Positions 62,149 to 64,000 of a stretch of DNA of 64,000 bases are shown piece by piece. Both the position numbers and the translations under genes were made by a program. The notes under the pieces are model-generated. The model was given only the letters and a program-made list of their open reading frames with translations. It was not told the DNA's origin and made no database searches. How positions within the stretch are numbered: the stretch's first letter is position 1; the number at the start of each line of letters is the position of its first letter. The DNA is taken from positions 960,001 through 1,024,000 of the forward strand of contig CAVYXA010000001.1 in the NCBI GenBank assembly GCA_963772365.1, in the 5' to 3' direction. The stretch is from an uncultured Verrucomicrobiae bacterium (lineage in GTDB: Bacteria > Verrucomicrobiota > Verrucomicrobiia > Chthoniobacterales > UBA10450).

Positions 62149-63162
62149 TCATGCGAACTGCCTCAAAAAACGCAGATCGTTCTGCGCGAACAGCCGGATA
62201 TCGGGAATATCGAACAGGATCATGGCCAGCCGATCCATGCCCAGCCCAAAAGCGAAACCGGTCCATTTTTCCGGATCGTACGCATCATCGCTGCGCGCTT
62301 TGTTGACTTGTTCGAATACTTCGGGATGGACCATTCCCGAGCCGGCTACTTCGATCCATTGTTCACCGCTCTTAAGCGCCTTCGATTTCACATAGATTTC
62401 CAAGCTCGGTTCGGTAAAGGGAAAATAGTGCGGACGAAATTGAACGGCCGTGTCCGGTCCGAAAAGCTCACGCATGAAAAACTCGAGCGTGCCTTTCAAA
62501 TCCGCTACGCTGACATTTTCATCGACGTAAAGTCCCTCGATTTGGTGAAACTGCGCGCTGTGCGTGGCATCGACTTCGTCACGCCGATAAGCTGCGCCGG
62601 GGGCGATCACCCGAATCGGCGGCGGAGCAGATTCCATGGTCCGGATTTGAACAGTCGAAGTATGCGTTCGTAAAAGCCGGCCATCGGGAAGATAAAATGT
62701 GTCCTGCTCATTACGCGCAGGATGTTCGGGAGGCGTGTTCAGTGCTTCGAAGCAATGCCATTCCGTTTCGATGTCCGGTCCGTCGGCCAGCGCGAATCCC
62801 ATTCGCCGAAAAATCTGAATGGAACGGTCGAGCATTTGCGTGAGCGGATGCAAGCTGCCGATCTCATGCGGCGTGCCGGGTAATGAGATGTCGATCTTCG
62901 AGAGAGTCTGGGCTTCCTGCTGCGTTTGAAAACTTTTGGCTCGCTGTTCGAGAGCCGCACCGACGGCGGTGCGCGCTTCATTCAACAATTTCCCAACAAT
63001 CGGACGCTCTTCTTTGACGAGCGATTTCATTTGCTCGCCCCAGGCAGAAATGCTGCCGGATTTGCCGAGATATTTTACCCGTGCAGCTTCTAGCGCTTTT
63101 TCATCGGCCGACTCGTCGATTTCACGCAGGGCCTCGTCGCGAAGTTGTTCCAGCGAATGCAT
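62149..63162 (-). CDS. pheS: Phenylalanine--tRNA ligase alpha subunit
   Basis: HPARNEQDTFY, LRTHTS, FHQIEG, YFPFTEPS and GFAFGLGMDR. Confidence 0.97.
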   Translation of the reverse strand: MHSLEQLRDEALREIDESADEKALEAARVKYLGKSGSISAWGEQMKSLVKEERPIVGKLLNEARTAVGAALEQRAKSFQTQQEAQTLSKIDISLPGTPHEIGSLHPLTQMLDRSIQIFRRMGFALADGPDIETEWHCFEALNTPPEHPARNEQDTFYLPDGRLLRTHTSTVQIRTMESAPPPIRVIAPGAAYRRDEVDATHSAQFHQIEGLYVDENVSVADLKGTLEFFMRELFGPDTAVQFRPHYFPFTEPSLEIYVKSKALKSGEQWIEVAGSGMVHPEVFEQVNKARSDDAYDPEKWTGFAFGLGMDRLAMILFDIPDIRLFAQNDLRFLRQFA

Positions 63163-63167
63163 GAACT

Positions 63168-63236
63168 GTGAATCGTTAAATCGCCACATCGTTACATCGA
63201 AAAATCGATTCACGATTCTCGATGTAACGAATCACG
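63168..63236. repeat. Inverted array of NNNNATCG octamers between rplT and pheS
   Basis: GTGAATCG TTAAATCG CCACATCG TTACATCG AAAAATCG followed by reversed units (CGATTCAC, CGATGTAA, CGAATCAC). Confidence 0.7.
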
Positions 63237-63618
63237 CCGCTTTTTTCTTTGACTTCGACTTGTCTTCCAGCGCGGCCTTCGCTTGATCGACAATTGATTT
63301 GAACGCCGCTTCGTCGGTCACGGCCAGATCGGCGAGGATCTTGCGATCCAGCCCGATACCTGCGGCTTTCAGTCCTTCAGCAAATCGGCTGTAAGTCATT
63401 CCATTGGCGCGGGCAGCCGCGTTTAATCGTTGAATCCAAAGATAACGGAACGTTCGCTTGCGCGTTTTACGGTCGCGATATGCCCAATACTGGGCTTTCA
63501 TCGTCGCGTCTTTGGCGTAGCGGAAAAGTTTGGAACGGCGTCCGCGGTAGCCTTTGGCTTTTTTCAGAATGCGTTTGCGTCGCGCCCGGCTGGCCGGCGC
63601 GTTAGTGGCTCTTGGCAT
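63232..63618 (-). CDS. rplT: 50S ribosomal protein L20
   Basis: MPRATN...AKGYRG...AYRDRK...LWIQRLNAA...DRKILADLA. Confidence 0.98.
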   Translation of the reverse strand: MPRATNAPASRARRKRILKKAKGYRGRRSKLFRYAKDATMKAQYWAYRDRKTRKRTFRYLWIQRLNAAARANGMTYSRFAEGLKAAGIGLDRKILADLAVTDEAAFKSIVDQAKAALEDKSKSKKKAA

Positions 63619-63792
63619 TTGTGTTTCGTCTCCGCTCTCGCGAAAGACTCCTCGTTCAGCGGGCTGTTGTTACATTGTCGATCCTTCCGACCTCGCTCGC
63701 TGATTCATCCGGCAGCTGCCGGACAGGTGGAAAGATTTGAGCGAGGAAGGTAGAGAACAAACCACAAATGACAACCGAATTGTCGTTCCGCC

Positions 63793-64000
63793 CTAATTGC
63801 TCCGGGATGGTCTTTTGATGGCGACGCCTTCCTGCTCCAAGCGCGATCGCAGCTCACGAGCAAATTCCACCGCCTCGGGATTATCGCCGTGCAGGCAGAT
63901 CGTTTCCGCGCGAACATCGCCATCCGGTCCCTCAACGCTGCGCACTTTTCCCTCGCGTAGCATTCGCAGGACCCGCGGCGCGGCTTCTTTGGCATCGTGA
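63793..64000 (-). CDS. pxpA: LamB/YcsF family (5-oxoprolinase subunit A), C-terminal part
   Basis: Manual translation ...RAETICLHGDNPEAVEFARELR...; runs off the window edge. Confidence 0.8.
   Translation of the reverse strand, partial: HDAKEAAPRVLRMLREGKVRSVEGPDGDVRAETICLHGDNPEAVEFARELRSRLEQEGVAIKRPSRSN

Noticed and set aside
63163..63213. N-terminal extension of PheS in the ORF track
   Set aside because: It is the translation of the octamer array; the ATG at 63162 fits the usual PheS length.

Overview
Bacterial chromosomal segment of moderately high GC. Its gene content (TolB-like/TPR/cyclase paralogues, a dockerin fragment, a verrucomicrobial-type secretin) suggests a soil Verrucomicrobiota (Chthoniobacterales-like) genome; that assignment is inference only. 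Many single-base frameshifts, densest at about 16.4-24.6 kb and also hitting uvrB and serS, look like long-read consensus errors. Left to right the window holds: a 4-gene secreted-protein operon with a shortened secretin and two proteins sharing a Cys...QxxVW (thioester-domain-like) module; a paoABC-xdhC-mocA molybdoenzyme operon; PBP1A; a glutaredoxin; an ECF sigma preceded by two paralogous Zn-ribbon genes; an M50 protease; two TolB/TPR(/cyclase) genes; uvrB; an RRM protein; a KS/CLF-like pair; a defence island (EEP nuclease, type III Mod, antitoxin-VapC, Res with a HEPN-like tail); a VPS10/BNR protein; a small NRPS cluster (A-T, P450, C-A-T, C-T-TE with Cys nucleophile, PPTase) beside tRNA-Leu; TPR-lptE-bamD; DUF72; serS; a DUF2946-like/beta-barrel pair; a probable 6S RNA; pheT; a 2.85-kb cargo-carrying IS1-family element (16-bp TIRs, 8-bp TSD) inserted in a REP palindrome; pheS; rplT; partial pxpA. 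Several palindromic repeat families sit in frame inside protein-coding genes.
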